A stretch of DNA of 64,000 nt, from the NCBI GenBank assembly GCA_036689395.1, contig CP144813.1:9252-73251 (forward strand), written 5' to 3'. Below, in pieces: positions 25,099 to 36,773 of the stretch. The stretch comes from Candidatus Stammera capleta (GTDB taxonomy: Bacteria; Pseudomonadota; Gammaproteobacteria; Enterobacterales; Enterobacteriaceae). Positions within the stretch are counted from its first letter, which is position 1, and each line of letters begins with the position of its first letter. Under the pieces are notes generated by a model. It was not told the DNA's origin, made no database searches, and saw only the letters and a list, made by a program, of their open reading frames with translations. The translations under genes were made by a program, and so were the position numbers.

Positions 25099-25545
25099 TT
25101 ATTTTTGATAATCTATTATTAATTTTCCATTTATATGATCTATTTCATGTTGAATACATATTGATAATAAATTTTTAGTATGATAGATTTTTTTTTCCCC
25201 TTTTATTGTATATGCTTTTAATATTAAATATTTATATCTTATAATATTTAAATATTTATTTGGTATTGATAAACATCCTTCTTTTGAATTTATTTTTTTT
25301 TTTTTTTTTATTATTTTTGGATTAATAAATACTAATTTACTATTTTTTTTTCTTAGTATATCAATAATTATTATTGATTTTCTTATATTTACTTGTATAC
25401 CTGATAAACCAATTCCATTATATGTATACATTGTATTAAACATATTTTTTATATTTTTTTTTAATTTATTATTGTATTTTTTTATTTTTTTACTTTTTTT
25501 TCTTAATATTTTATTTGGATGAATTAATATTTTTAATATTGACAT
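25099..25545 (-). CDS. def: peptide deformylase
   Basis: The three Def motifs GIGLSGIQV, EGCLSIP and HEIDHINGKL are present. It lies directly upstream of fmt. Confidence 0.95.
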   Translation of the reverse strand: MSILKILIHPNKILRKKSKKIKKYNNKLKKNIKNMFNTMYTYNGIGLSGIQVNIRKSIIIIDILRKKNSKLVFINPKIIKKKKKINSKEGCLSIPNKYLNIIRYKYLILKAYTIKGEKKIYHTKNLLSICIQHEIDHINGKLIIDYQK

Positions 25546-25570
25546 AAATTTTTAATATTTTTATTTTAGA

Positions 25571-25655
25571 TACCCAAGGCGGGATTCGAACCCGCATGAT
25601 TTTTTAAAATCGAGGGATTTTAAGTCCCTTGTGTCTACCTTTCCACCACTAGGGC
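25571..25655 (-). tRNA. leuZ: type-II tRNA-Leu (anticodon TAA); no encoded CCA
   Basis: The minus strand GCCCTAGTGGTGGAAAGGTAGACACAAGGGACTTAAAATCCCTCG..GCGGGTTCGAATCCCGCCTTGGGTA is colinear with E. coli leuZ, including the G1-U72 pair. Confidence 0.9.
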
Positions 25656-25665
25656 ATATAGATTT

Positions 25666-25736
25666 TATTTAATAAAAGCGTGTCTCGGAATTGAACCGAG
25701 ATATATGGATTTGCAATCCAGTGCATTACCTATCTG
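25666..25736 (-). tRNA. cysT: tRNA-Cys (anticodon GCA); no encoded CCA
   Basis: The minus strand AGCGTGTTGGCAGATAGGTAATGCACTGGATTGCAAATCCATATATCTCGGTTCAATTCCGAGACACGCTT forms a cloverleaf with discriminator U. It is adjacent to the leuZ-type tRNA, as in E. coli. Confidence 0.88.
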
Positions 25737-25911
25737 CCAACACGCTTTATTATATATAATATGTATGTATTATATTATATATATTTTTAAAAATAAATAT
25801 ATATTAAAATATATAATTTATTGATATTATATACATATAATTATAATTATATATATATATTATTGTTAATATATAATTTATTTTATGTTTTTTAAATAAA
25901 AAGGAAAATTA

Positions 25912-26280
25912 ATGTCTACAATTAATCAATTAGTTAATAAATCTCGTATAAAAAAGAAAAATAGAAATAATGTTCCCGCTTTGAATAGTTGTCCTCAAAA
26001 ACGTGGAGTTTGTATAAAAGTATATACTACTACGCCTAAAAAACCAAATTCTGCTTTAAGAAAAGTTTGTAGAGTTCGTTTAACTAATGGTTTTGAAGTT
26101 ACAGCTTATATTCCTGGAGAAGGTCATAATTTACAGGAACATTCTGTTGTTTTAATTAGAGGAGGTAGAGTAAAAGATTTACCTGGTGTTCGTTATCATG
26201 TAATTCGTGGTTCTTTGGATTGTAGTGGAGTTAAAGATAGAAAAAAATCAAGATCAAAATATGGGGTAAAAAAAATATAG
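25912..26280 (+). CDS. rpsL: 30S ribosomal protein S12
   Basis: [55 protein letters not shown] is near-identical to E. coli S12. It ends in TAG. Confidence 0.97.
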   Translation: MSTINQLVNKSRIKKKNRNNVPALNSCPQKRGVCIKVYTTTPKKPNSALRKVCRVRLTNGFEVTAYIPGEGHNLQEHSVVLIRGGRVKDLPGVRYHVIRGSLDCSGVKDRKKSRSKYGVKKI

Positions 26281-26301
26281 TAATATAATATAGGAAATTA
26301 T

Positions 26302-26775
26302 ATGTCACGTAAAAATTTAAGTAAAAATCGTAAAATTATTTCAGATTATATATATAATTCTAAATTAGTAAGTAAATTTATTAATATTTTAATGTTAAAT
26401 GGTAAAAAATCTGTTGCTGAAAAAATTTTATATACTTCTTTAAAAATATTATCTGATAAACTTCAAAAAAATGAGTTAAATTTGTTGGAATTAGCTATAG
26501 AAAATGTTAAACCTATTGTAGAAGTAAAATCTCGTAGAGTTGGAGGTACAACATATCAAATTCCTATAGAAGTTAGACCATCTAGAGGTTATACTTTAGC
26601 AATTCGTTGAATAATATTATATGCTAGAAAAAGATCAAATAAAAAAAGTATGTTTTTAAAATTAGCAGATGAATTATTTGATGCTATAAATAAAAAGGGT
26701 AATTCTATAAGAAAACGTGATGAAGTTCATCGTATGGCTGAATCTAATAAAGCTTTTGCTCATTATAGATGATAA
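26302..26775 (+). CDS. rpsG: 30S ribosomal protein S7, 157 aa; TGA=Trp at 26608-26610 and as the last codon (26770-26772) before TAA
   Basis: The track ORF ends LAIR then TGA. It continues ..[24 protein letters not shown] then TAA TAA, matching the E. coli S7 ..[16 protein letters not shown]. Confidence 0.95.
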
Positions 26776-26802
26776 TAATAATTTTTAAGGAATTTAATTA
26801 AA

Positions 26803-28935
26803 ATGTCTCGTAAAACTTCTATATTTAATTATAGAAATATTGGAATTAGTGCTCATATTGATGCAGGAAAAACAACACTTACTGAAAGGATTTTATTTTA
26901 TACTGGAGTTAATTATAAGTTAGGTGAAGTTCATTATGGTACTGCTACTATGGATTGAATGGAGCAAGAACAAGAAAGAGGTATTACTATTACTTCTGCA
27001 TCTACTACTGCTTTTTGATCAGGTATGTTTAAACAATTTAAATTGCCATATAGAATAAATATAATTGATACTCCTGGTCATGTTGATTTTACTATAGAAG
27101 TAGAAAGATCTATGAGAGTTTTAGATGGCGCTATTATGGTTTATTGTTCTGTTGGAGGAGTTCAACCTCAATCTGAAACTGTTTGAAGACAAGTTAATAA
27201 ATATAAAGTACCTAGAATAGCTTTTATTAATAAAATGGATAGGGTTGGAGCTAATTTTTATAATGTTATTAAGCAATTAAAAAAAAAATTTAATACTATT
27301 ATATTACCTATACAAATTCCTGTAGGTAATGAAAATAATTTTATAGGTGTTATAGATTTAATTAGTTTTAAATTTATATCTTGAAAAAATGATAATAATT
27401 TAGGTTTAGATTTTAATGTTCAAAATATATTAAAAAATAGTGATTTATATAATTTATCTTATTTATGACGTCAAAAAATTATAGAATTTGTTGCAGATAA
27501 ATCTGAGTTATTAATGAATAAATATTTTAATAATATTGAATTAGAGGAATTTGAAATAAAATCTATTTTAAGAAATGAGGTTTTAAATAATAATATTTTA
27601 TTGGTAACTTGTGGTTCTGCTTTTAAAAATAAAGGTATTCAGTGTTTGTTAGATGCTATAGTAGATTATTTACCTTGTCCGAAAGATTTAAATAATATTA
27701 ATGGTTTATGTGTTAAAAGTAATATTAATATTAGTCGTAAAATAGATGATAATGAATATTTTTCAGCTTTAGCTTTTAAAATTGTTAATGACATTTTTGT
27801 AGGTAATTTAACTTTTTTAAGAATTTATTCCGGTTCTCTAAAATCTGGTGATATAATTTTAAATTCTAATAAAAATAAACGTGAAAGAATAGGACGTATT
27901 GTTCAGATGCATGCTAATAAAAAAGAAGAAATTAATGAAGTTTTTGCAGGTGATATAGCTGCTGCTATAGGGTTGAAAGATGTTAATACTGGAGATACTT
28001 TATGTGATTTAAATAATCCTATTATATTAGAAAAAATAGATTTTCCTAATCCTGTTATATCTATTTCTTTAGAACCTAAAACTAAAGATGATCAAGAAAA
28101 ATTAGGTATTGCTTTATCTAAATTATCTAAGGAAGATCCTTCTTTTAAGAGTTCATTTAATAATGAATTAAATCAAACTATAATTTCTGGAATGGGAGAA
28201 TTACATTTAGATATTATTGTTGATAGAATGAAAAGAGAATTTAATGTTGATTGTAATAAAGGTAAACCTGAAGTTTCTTATAGAGAAACTATATTAAATA
28301 ATATTAGTTCTGTAGAAGGTAAATATATAAAACAAACAGGTGGAAGAGGGCAATATGGTCATGTAGTTATAGATTTATTTTCTTTATCAAAATTAGAATA
28401 TAAATTATCTGATAATGGTTATTTATTTGTAAATGATATTAAAGGTGGGGTTATTCCTAATGAATATATATCTGCTATTGATAAAGGAATACGTGAACAG
28501 TTAAAATCTGGACCGTTAGCAGGTTATCCTGTAACTAATATTAAAGTAAGATTATTTTTTGGATCTTATCATGATGTAGATTCTTCTGAAATAGCATTTA
28601 AAATGGCCGCATCTATAGCTTTTAAAAAAGCTTTTTTAAAAGCTAATCCTGTATTATTAGAGCCTATTATGAAAGTTGAAATTGAAACTCCTGAAAAATA
28701 TATAGGTGATATAATAAGTGATTTAAATCGTCGTAGAGGTATTATTGAACAAATATATGATATTAATTTAGGTAAGTTAATAAGATCATATATTCCTTTA
28801 TCTGAAATGTTTGGTTATGCTACTGATTTAAGATCTTGCACTCAAGGTAGAGCATTATATTCTATGGAATTTTATAAATATTCTATATCTCCTAGTCATA
28901 TATGTAAAAAAATAGTAAAATTACGTAATGAATAA
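26803..28935 (+). CDS. fusA: elongation factor G, 710 aa, several in-frame TGA=Trp
   Basis: The ATG at 26803 is in frame with track ORF 27514..28935. The N-terminus reads [31 protein letters not shown](TGA 26956-26958)[19 protein letters not shown]. Confidence 0.96.
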
Positions 28936-28968
28936 TAAATTTATTAATATAAAAATAAAAGGTATAAT

Positions 28969-30153
28969 ATGTCAAAAGAAAAATTTGATCGTAATAAAAT
29001 ACATGTAAATGTTGGTACTATAGGTCATGTAGATCATGGTAAAACTACTTTAACTTCTGCTATAACAACTATTTTATCAAAAAAATATGGAGGTAAACCT
29101 TGTGCTTTTGATCAAATAGATAATGCTCCTGAGGAGAAAGCTAGAGGTATAACAATAAATACTTCTCATGTTGAATATGATACTTCAATTAGACATTATG
29201 CTCATGTTGATTGTCCTGGTCATGCTGATTATATTAAAAATATGATTACTGGAGCTGCTCAGATGGATGGAGCTATTTTAGTTGTTGCTGCTACTGATGG
29301 TCCTATGCCTCAAACTAGAGAACATATTCTATTAGCTCGTCAAGTAGGTGTTCCTCATATAATTGTTTTTTTAAATAAGTGTGATATGGTTGATGATGAA
29401 GAATTATTAGAGTTAGTTGAAATGGAAATAAGGGATATATTAAATCAATATAATTTTTCTGGTGATAATACTCCTATTATTAGAGGTTCAGCTTTAAAGG
29501 CATTAGATGGGGTAAAAGAGTGGGAAGAAAAAATATTTGATTTAGCTAGCGCTCTTGATAATTATATTCCAACCCCTGTAAGAGATGTTAATAAATCATT
29601 TTTAATGCCTATTGAAGATATTTTTTCTATTTCAGGTAGAGGTACTGTAGTTACGGGTAGAATAGAAAAAGGAATTATAAAAGTTGGAGAAGAAGTAGAA
29701 ATTGTAGGTATAAGAGATACAAAAAGATCTATATGTACAGGTATAGAAATGTTTCGTAAATTATTAGATGAAGGTAGAGCTGGAGAAAATGTTGGTATTT
29801 TATTAAGAGGGGTTAAAAGAGAAGAAATAGAAAGAGGACAGGTTTTAGCTAAAATTGGTAGTATAAACCCTCATACTTCTTTTGAAGCGGAAGTTTATGT
29901 TTTATCTAAAGAAGAAGGAGGTAGACATACTGCTTTTTTAAATGGGTATCGTCCACAATTTTATTTTCGTACTACTGATGTTACTGGTACTATAAAATTA
30001 CCTAAAAATATGGAAATGGTAATGCCTGGAGATAATGTTAAGCTTTTTATTAAATTATTTAATCCTATAGCTATGAATGAAGGTTTACGTTTTGCTATTA
30101 GAGAAGGTGGACGTACAGTTGGTGCAGGTATAGTTAGTAAGATAATTTTATAA
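28969..30153 (+). CDS. tuf: elongation factor Tu
   Basis: Single 394-aa ORF, highly similar to E. coli EF-Tu throughout ([22 protein letters not shown]). Confidence 0.98.
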   Translation: MSKEKFDRNKIHVNVGTIGHVDHGKTTLTSAITTILSKKYGGKPCAFDQIDNAPEEKARGITINTSHVEYDTSIRHYAHVDCPGHADYIKNMITGAAQMDGAILVVAATDGPMPQTREHILLARQVGVPHIIVFLNKCDMVDDEELLELVEMEIRDILNQYNFSGDNTPIIRGSALKALDGVKEWEEKIFDLASALDNYIPTPVRDVNKSFLMPIEDIFSISGRGTVVTGRIEKGIIKVGEEVEIVGIRDTKRSICTGIEMFRKLLDEGRAGENVGILLRGVKREEIERGQVLAKIGSINPHTSFEAEVYVLSKEEGGRHTAFLNGYRPQFYFRTTDVTGTIKLPKNMEMVMPGDNVKLFIKLFNPIAMNEGLRFAIREGGRTVGAGIVSKIIL

Positions 30154-30176
30154 TTTTTTTTTTAAAATTTAATTAT

Positions 30177-30488
30177 ATGAAAAATCAAAGAATACGTATT
30201 AAATTAAAATCTTTTGATCATAGATTAATTGATATTTCTACTTTAGAAATAATAGAAACAGCTAAAAAAACTGGAGCACAAATTTGTGGTCCTATACCTT
30301 TGCCTACTTCTATTGAGCGTTTTACTGTATTAGTTTCTCCTCATGTTGATAAAGATGCTAGAGATCAATATGAAATTAGAACTCATAAACGTTTAATTGA
30401 TATAATTGAATCTACTGATAGAACTGTTGATGCATTAATGAAATTAAATTTAGCTTCTGGAGTTGATGTTCAAATAAGTTTAAATTAA
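30177..30488 (+). CDS. rpsJ: 30S ribosomal protein S10
   Basis: [51 protein letters not shown] matches S10. Confidence 0.97.
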   Translation: MKNQRIRIKLKSFDHRLIDISTLEIIETAKKTGAQICGPIPLPTSIERFTVLVSPHVDKDARDQYEIRTHKRLIDIIESTDRTVDALMKLNLASGVDVQISLN

Positions 30489-30518
30489 TAATTAATTTTT
30501 TTATTTTAAAAAAAAATA

Positions 30519-31136
30519 ATGATATCTTTAATTGGAAAAAAAGTAGGTATGACAAGAATTTTTATTGATAATTATATGTCTATACCTATAACAGTAATAA
30601 AAATAAATAATAATATTATTACTGGTATAAATAAGTATAAAAATAAATGTACTACTCAGATAACTGTATTTAATAGTAAAAAAAAAAAATTAAATAAATG
30701 TCAATTGGGATTTTATGAAAAAATAAATTTACAACCAGGAGATGGTTTATGAGAAATTCCTTATATAAAAGAAATACATACTTGTATAGGTAAAATTCTT
30801 GATATTAATTTACTAGTTAATATTAAAAAAGTAGATATTACAAATTATTCAAAAGGTAAAGGATTTTCTGGTACTATAAAAAGATGAAATTTTAGTTCTC
30901 AAGATAGTTCTCATGGAAATTCGTTATCTCATAGAGTTCCTGGATCTATAGGTCAAAATCAAAGCCCCGGAAAAGTATTTAAAGGTAAGAAAATGTCAGG
31001 TCATTTAGGTAATAGTAAAATTACTATAAAAAAACTTAAAATAGTTAAAATATATAATGATAAAAATATTTTATTAATAAAAGGATCTGTTCCAGGATGA
31101 AATAATAGTAATTTAGTTATTAAATCTTCATTATAA
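30519..31136 (+). CDS. rplC: 50S ribosomal protein L3, 205 aa, three in-frame TGA=Trp
   Basis: The track ORF is extended across TGA at 30750-30752. GFSGTIKRW(TGA)[37 protein letters not shown] matches L3. It ends in TAA at 31134-31136. Confidence 0.94.
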
Positions 31137-31157
31137 TATATAATTTATATAAATTTT

Positions 31158-31769
31158 ATGGATATAATATTAAAAGATACTTATTTAAATATAAAAGTAT
31201 CTGATAAAATTTTAAATGTTCCTTTAAATATATCTTTAATACATCAAGTTATTAGATGTTATAGATTTAATTTACGTAAAGGTAATGTTTCTCAAAAATC
31301 TAGATCTGAAGTTAAGGGTTCTAAAAAAAAACCTTGAAGACAAAAAGGTACTGGTAGAGCTAGATGTGGTTCTATAAAGAGTCCTTTATGACGTTCTGGG
31401 GGTGTTACTTTCGCTAATAAACCTAAAAAATATATTTTAAAGGTTAATAGAAAAATGTATATTAGTGCATTTAAAAGTATTTTATCTGAACTTTTTAGAC
31501 AATCTAGATTACATATAATTAATAATATTAATATTAAATTATGTAAAACTAAAGAATTTATAAAAAAATTTAATTTTATTAATTTGGATAAATTATTAAT
31601 TATAATTCATAGTTATAAAAAAAATTTATTTTTATCTTGTAGAAATTTGTCTAATGTTTGTGTTTGTACGGTTAATAATATAAATATTATAAATCTTATA
31701 AAGTATAAAAATATAATTTTTACTTTAAAATCAATAAAAATAATTGAGGATAAATTAGTTAATGGATAA
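31158..31769 (+). CDS. rplD: 50S ribosomal protein L4, 203 aa, in-frame TGA=Trp
   Basis: The ATG at 31158 is in frame with track ORF 31455. GSKKKPW(TGA)RQKGTGRARCGSIKSPLW(TGA)RSGGVTF matches the L4 core. Confidence 0.94.
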
Positions 31770-32061
31770 AAATTATTATTTAAATATTATTAAAAAACCT
31801 TTTTTTTCTAAAAAATCATCTTATTTATGTAAAGAAAATAATACTTTAGTATTTAAAGTTGAACGTAATGTTAATAAATTAGATATATATTATTCTATTA
31901 AAAAAATTTTTGGTTTTAAAATAAAAAAGATAAGGACTTTATTAGTAAAAAAAAAATTAAAATCTAAGAATAAAAGAAAAAATATTATTAAAATTTGAAA
32001 AAAAGTTTATATTATTTTAAAGAATAAACAAAGTATTGATATTATTAATAAATTAAATTAA
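31762..32061 (+). CDS. rplW: 50S ribosomal protein L23, 99 aa, TGA=Trp at 31996-31998
   Basis: Its position between rplD and rplB, its size and its composition fit L23. The frame continues after TGA to TAA at 32059-32061. Confidence 0.85.
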
Positions 32062-32072
32062 TTAAAATATTT

Positions 32073-32897
32073 ATGAATATTAAAAAATATAAACCTACTT
32101 CTCCAGGTTTTAGACATAAAAATAGATTATTAAATTTTAATATTTATAAGGGTAAACCTTATTATAATTTAATATTAAAAAAAAATAAAACTGGTGGACG
32201 TAATAATTTGGGTCGTATTACTGTCAGACATATTGGAGGAGGGTATAAAAAAAAATACCGTATTATAGATTTTAAAAGAAATAAATATAATATTTTAGGA
32301 AAAGTTGAACGTATTGAATATGATCCTAATAGATCTTCTTTAATATCTTTAATATTATATAAAGATGGTGAAAGAAGATATATTTTATCTCCTAAAGGTA
32401 TTAAAATAGGTGATCATATTGAATCTGGTGAAAATATTTCTATTAAAATAGGTAATTGTTTGCCTATAAAAAATATTCCTATTGGTACTTTTTTGCATAA
32501 TATAGAATTAGTTCCTGGTAAAGGAGGTCAATTATCTAAATCTGCAGGTTCTTATTCTCAATTGATTGTTTTTGAAAATGAATATGCTATTTTAAGATTG
32601 CGTTCTGGTGAAATAAGAAAAGTAAATTTTCTTTGTAGAGCTACTATAGGTAAAGTTGGTAATTCTAAACATATGTTACGTATTTTAGGTAAAGCAGGTT
32701 CTTCTCGTTTATTAGGTATTAGACCTACTGTTAGAGGAACTGCTATGAATCCTATTGATCATCCTCATGGTGGTGGAGAAGGAAGAAATTTTGGTAAACA
32801 TCCAGTTACTCCTTGAGGAATATCAACTAAAGGTAAAAAAACTCGTAAAAATAAACGTACAAATAAATTTATTGTTAAATTTCGTAATGAAAAATAA
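32073..32897 (+). CDS. rplB: 50S ribosomal protein L2, 274 aa, TGA=Trp at 32814-32816
   Basis: [56 protein letters not shown](TGA)G matches L2. It ends in TAA at 32895-32897. Confidence 0.97.
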
Positions 32898-32912
32898 TTT
32901 TTTTGGAGTATT

Positions 32913-33212
32913 ATGTCTCGTTCTTTTAAAAAAGGTCCATTTATTGATATTTCTTTACTTAAAAAAGTAGAAAAATTTATTTCTAATAATAATAAAGGTA
33001 TTATACGTACTTGATCTAGACGTTCAACAATTTTACCTAATATGGTTGGATTAACTATTGGTGTTCATAATGGTAGAAAACATATTCCTGTTTATATTAC
33101 TGAAGAAATGATAGGTCATAAATTAGGTGAATTTTCTCCTACAAGAACATATAAAGGTCATTTATGTAATTCTAAAGCTAAAGATATTAGTATTGATAAA
33201 AATAAAAAATAA
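32913..33212 (+). CDS. rpsS: 30S ribosomal protein S19, 99 aa, TGA=Trp at 33012-33014
   Basis: Absent from the ORF track. [16 protein letters not shown](TGA)[49 protein letters not shown] matches S19. Confidence 0.95.
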
Positions 33213-33235
33213 AATTAAATTTTTAGGTATTTTAA

Positions 33236-33574
33236 ATGAATATTTTATCTAGAGGGTGTTATATAAAATCTTCTTGTAGAAAATTAAGATTGGTTTCTAA
33301 TTTAATTCGTGGAAAAAATGTTATTTATGCTTTAAATATTTTAAATTTTACTAATAAAAAAGCTTCTATTTTAATAAAAAAAGTTTTATTATCTGGTATA
33401 GCTAATGCTTACCATAATTATGGTATTAATAAAAATTTTTTAGTAATTTCTAAAATATATATAGATCATGCATCTTTTTCTAAAAGAATTGTTGCTAGAG
33501 CTAAAGGAAGAGTAAATTATATATTAAAAAAAACTAGTCATATAACTATATATCTATCTAAAATTAATAATTAA
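33236..33574 (+). CDS. rplV: 50S ribosomal protein L22
   Basis: KLRLVSNLIRGKNV..ALNILNFTNKKAS..AKGRVNYILKKTSHITI matches L22. Confidence 0.95.
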   Translation: MNILSRGCYIKSSCRKLRLVSNLIRGKNVIYALNILNFTNKKASILIKKVLLSGIANAYHNYGINKNFLVISKIYIDHASFSKRIVARAKGRVNYILKKTSHITIYLSKINN

Positions 33575-33593
33575 TATTTTAAATGGTAAAATA

Positions 33594-34296
33594 TATGGGT
33601 CAAAAAGTAAATCCTAATGTTATACGTTTAGGTATAACAAAAATGTGAAATTCTACATGGTTTGTTAATAAAAAAGATTTTGCTAATAATTTATATAGTG
33701 ATTATAAAGTTCGTAATTATTTAAATAAAAAATTATCTAAAGCTTTAATATCTAAAATATTAATTGAAAGACCAGCTAAAAAAAGTATAAAAATTATAAT
33801 ATATACTGCTAGACCTGGAATTGTAATAGGTAAAAAAGGTGAAGATATAGAAAAACTTAAAAAAGAAATATCTATAATTACTGGTGTTCCTTCTCAAATA
33901 AATATTTTAGAAATTCGTAGACCTGAGTTAGATTCTAAATTAGTTGCTGATAATATTGCTTTTCAATTAGAAAAACGTATGATGTTTAGAAGAGTTATGA
34001 AAAGAGTTATTTATAATGCTTCACGTTTAGGTTGTAAAGGTATAAAAGTAAAAATTAGTGGTAGATTAGGAGGTTCAGAAATTGCTAGAACTGAATGATA
34101 TAAAGAAGGTTGTATACCTTTACATACATTAAGAGCAGATATAGATTATAGTTTTAAACAAGCTTTTACAAATTATGGTGTAATAGGTATTAAAGTATGA
34201 ATATTTAAAGGGGAAATATTAGATAAATTATATCCTATAAAATTACATTATACTAATATAGTAAATTTTAAAAAATATTTAAAAAAAAAAATATAA
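33594..34296 (+). CDS. rpsC: 30S ribosomal protein S3; a +1 frame change is needed after codon 23 (TGG TTT T|GTT at 33657-33666)
   Basis: Frame A reads [18 protein letters not shown](TGA)NSTWF then TGT TAA (stop at 33666-33668). The frame shifted by one nucleotide from 33664 reads [47 protein letters not shown](TGA)[22 protein letters not shown](TGA)IFKGEIL to TAA at 34294-34296. Both parts align to E. coli S3. Confidence 0.85.
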
Positions 34297-34313
34297 TATT
34301 GGAAAATAATTAA

Positions 34314-34745
34314 ATGTTATATCCTAAAAAAACTAAATATAAAAAAATGCAAAAAGGTCGTAATAAAGGATGATCTAACGATACTGAAATAATTTTTGGT
34401 AAATATGCACTAAAAGCTATTACTAGAGGTCATATATCTTCTAAACAAATAGAAGCAGCGCGTAGAGTTATTACTCGTTCTATTAAAAAATTAGGTTTTT
34501 TATGAATAAGAATTTTTCCTGATAAACCAATTACTAAAAAACCTTTAGAAATAAGAATGGGTAAAGGGAAAGGTAATGTAGAATATTGAGTTGCTGTTAT
34601 TAAACCTGGTAAAATATTATATGAATTAGATGGAATTAATGAATATGTAGCAAAAAAAGCATTTAAATTAGCTAGCGCTAAATTATCAGTTAAAACAACT
34701 TTTGTAATAAAAAATAATTTATTATGTCAAACAATAAATTTTTAA
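34314..34745 (+). CDS. rplP: 50S ribosomal protein L16, 143 aa, in-frame TGA=Trp
   Basis: Absent from the ORF track. [36 protein letters not shown](TGA)[28 protein letters not shown](TGA)[12 protein letters not shown] matches L16. The 3' end overlaps rpmC by 22 nt. Confidence 0.93.
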
Positions 34746-34930
34746 GAAATAAAAATATAAAAGAATTAAAGAATATTTTATATATTTTATTAAAAAAAAA
34801 ATTTACTTTACGTATGCAATTATTTTTAAATAAAATTAAAAAAAATCATTTAATTCGTAAATGTAAAAAAAATATATCAATAATTAAAACTCTTATAAGA
34901 GAGAAATATATTAATGAAAAAAAAAGATAA
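34724..34930 (+). CDS. rpmC: 50S ribosomal protein L29
   Basis: 68-aa ORF ([24 protein letters not shown]) at the L29 position between rplP and rpsQ. Confidence 0.85.
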   Translation: MSNNKFLRNKNIKELKNILYILLKKKFTLRMQLFLNKIKKNHLIRKCKKNISIIKTLIREKYINEKKR

Positions 34931-35156
34931 TATAAAGAAAGGTATTGTAATAAGTAATAAAATGAATAAAACTATAATAGTTTTAATTACTAAATTGGTA
35001 AAACATAAAGTTTATGGTAAATATATTAAAAAAAAGTCTAAAATATATGTTCATGATGAATATAATAAATGTAAAATAGGTGATATTGTTTTTATAAAAG
35101 AATTTCGTCCTTTATCTAAAAATAAATCATGAATATTATATAAAAAAGTAAAATAA
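34914..35156 (+). CDS. rpsQ: 30S ribosomal protein S17, 80 aa, TGA=Trp at 35130-35132
   Basis: [54 protein letters not shown](TGA) compares with E. coli ..CRPLSKTKSW. Confidence 0.94.
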
Positions 35157-35170
35157 AAAGGTAAATTTAT

Positions 35171-35539
35171 ATGATTCAAGAAAGATCTTTATTATTAGTT
35201 TCAGATAATACTGGAATTAAATTAGTAATGTGTATAAAAGTATTAGGAGGAACTAAATTTAAATATGCAAATATAGGTAATATAATTAAAATAGTTGTTA
35301 AAGAAGTTATTTCTAAAAGTAAATTTAAAAAAGGTGATGTATTAAAAGGTTTAATTATAAGAACAAAATATGGAATACAAAGAAAAGATGGTTCTTTTAT
35401 AAGATTTGATAATAATTCTTGTATTGTATTAAATGATAATAATCAACCATTAGGAACAAGAATTTTTGGTCCTATTACAAGAGAATTAAAATGTGAAAAA
35501 TTTATTAAAATTATTTCTCTTGCTCCTGAAGTAATTTAA
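35171..35539 (+). CDS. rplN: 50S ribosomal protein L14
   Basis: [41 protein letters not shown] matches L14. Confidence 0.96.
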   Translation: MIQERSLLLVSDNTGIKLVMCIKVLGGTKFKYANIGNIIKIVVKEVISKSKFKKGDVLKGLIIRTKYGIQRKDGSFIRFDNNSCIVLNDNNQPLGTRIFGPITRELKCEKFIKIISLAPEVI

Positions 35540-35556
35540 TTTATATAGGATATAAT

Positions 35557-35886
35557 ATGTCTTATAAATTTCGTGTAAATGATGAAATTATTATAATTTC
35601 AGGTAAAGATAAAGGTAAAAAAGGTATAATAAAAAAAATTAAATTTAATAAGGTTATAGTTAATAATATTAATTTAGTTTTTAAAAATATTAAGTCTGAT
35701 CCTGTAAATAATATTATAGGTAAAATTATTAAAAAAGAATCTTGAATAAATATTTCTAATATAAGTCATTTTTTTCTAGATAAAAATAATAAAATTATTT
35801 TTTCTAAAGTAGGTTTTAAATATTTAAAAAATAAAAAAAAAGTTCGTTATTTAAAATATAATAATTTATTAATTGATAAAAAATAA
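35557..35886 (+). CDS. rplX: 50S ribosomal protein L24, 109 aa, TGA=Trp at 35743-35745
   Basis: NDEIIIISGKDKGKKGIIKKI matches the L24 KOW motif. The frame continues after TGA to TAA at 35884-35886. Confidence 0.9.
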
Positions 35887-35888
35887 AT

Positions 35889-36428
35889 ATGAGTAATTTA
35901 TATAATTTATATAAAAATACTATTATATATAATTTTATTAAAAAATTTAATTGTAAGTCTATTATGGAAGTTCCTAAAATTATTAAAATAATTTTAAATG
36001 TAAGTTTAAATTCTATGAATTTATCTAAGAATAGGATAAATGATGTATTATTAAATTTAAAATTAATTTCTAGTCAATTACCAATAATTATAAAATCTAA
36101 AAAGTCTATTTCTAGTTTTAAAATTCGTAAAGGTTTTCCTATTGGATGTAAGGTTACTTTAAGAAAAAAATTAATGTGATATTTTTTAGATAAATTAATA
36201 TTTATTGTTATTCCTAGAATTAGAGATTTTAGAGGTATTTCTAAAAAATCTTTTGATAAATATGGAAATTTAAATATTGGAATTAAAGAACATATAATAT
36301 TTCCAGAAATTAATTATGAAAAAACTAAATATATTCATGGAATGAATATTTCTATTGTTATAAAAAATAAAGATATTAAGGAGTCTATATTTTTATTAAA
36401 TTCTTTTTCTTTTCCTTTTAAAAATTAA
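35889..36428 (+). CDS. rplE: 50S ribosomal protein L5, 179 aa, TGA=Trp at 36177-36179
   Basis: MEVPKIIKIILN..GCKVTLRKKLMW(TGA)YFLDKLI..IPRIRDFRGIS.KSFD..GNLNIGIKEHIIFPEI matches L5. Confidence 0.94.
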
Positions 36429-36447
36429 TATAATTTATTATTTTATT

Positions 36448-36753
36448 ATGACTAAAAAATCTATTATAGTACGTGAATATAAAAGAATTAAATTAATTAA
36501 AAAATATTATGATAAAAAAATTAAATTAAAAAAGATTATTTCTAATAAAAATTCTTCTGGTAAACAAAGATGAAATGCTTTAGTAAAATTACAATCTTTA
36601 CCTAAAAATTCTAGTATTTGTAGACATCGTAATAGATGTATATTAACTGGAAGAGCTCATGGTTTTTTACGTAAATTTGGTTTAAGTAGAATTAAATTTC
36701 GTGAATTTGCAGTTAGAGGTGATATTCCTGGTTTAAAGAAATCTAGTTGGTAA
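36448..36753 (+). CDS. rpsN: 30S ribosomal protein S14, 101 aa, one TGA=Trp and a terminal TGG Trp
   Basis: Absent from the ORF track. [15 protein letters not shown](TGA)[55 protein letters not shown] matches S14. Confidence 0.94.
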
Positions 36754-36773
36754 TTTTAAAATTATGGTGATTT

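Noticed and set aside
32755-32970. ORF 32755..32970 overlapping the end of rplB and the start of rpsS.
   Set aside because: It is out of frame with both well-supported ribosomal protein genes and has no homology.
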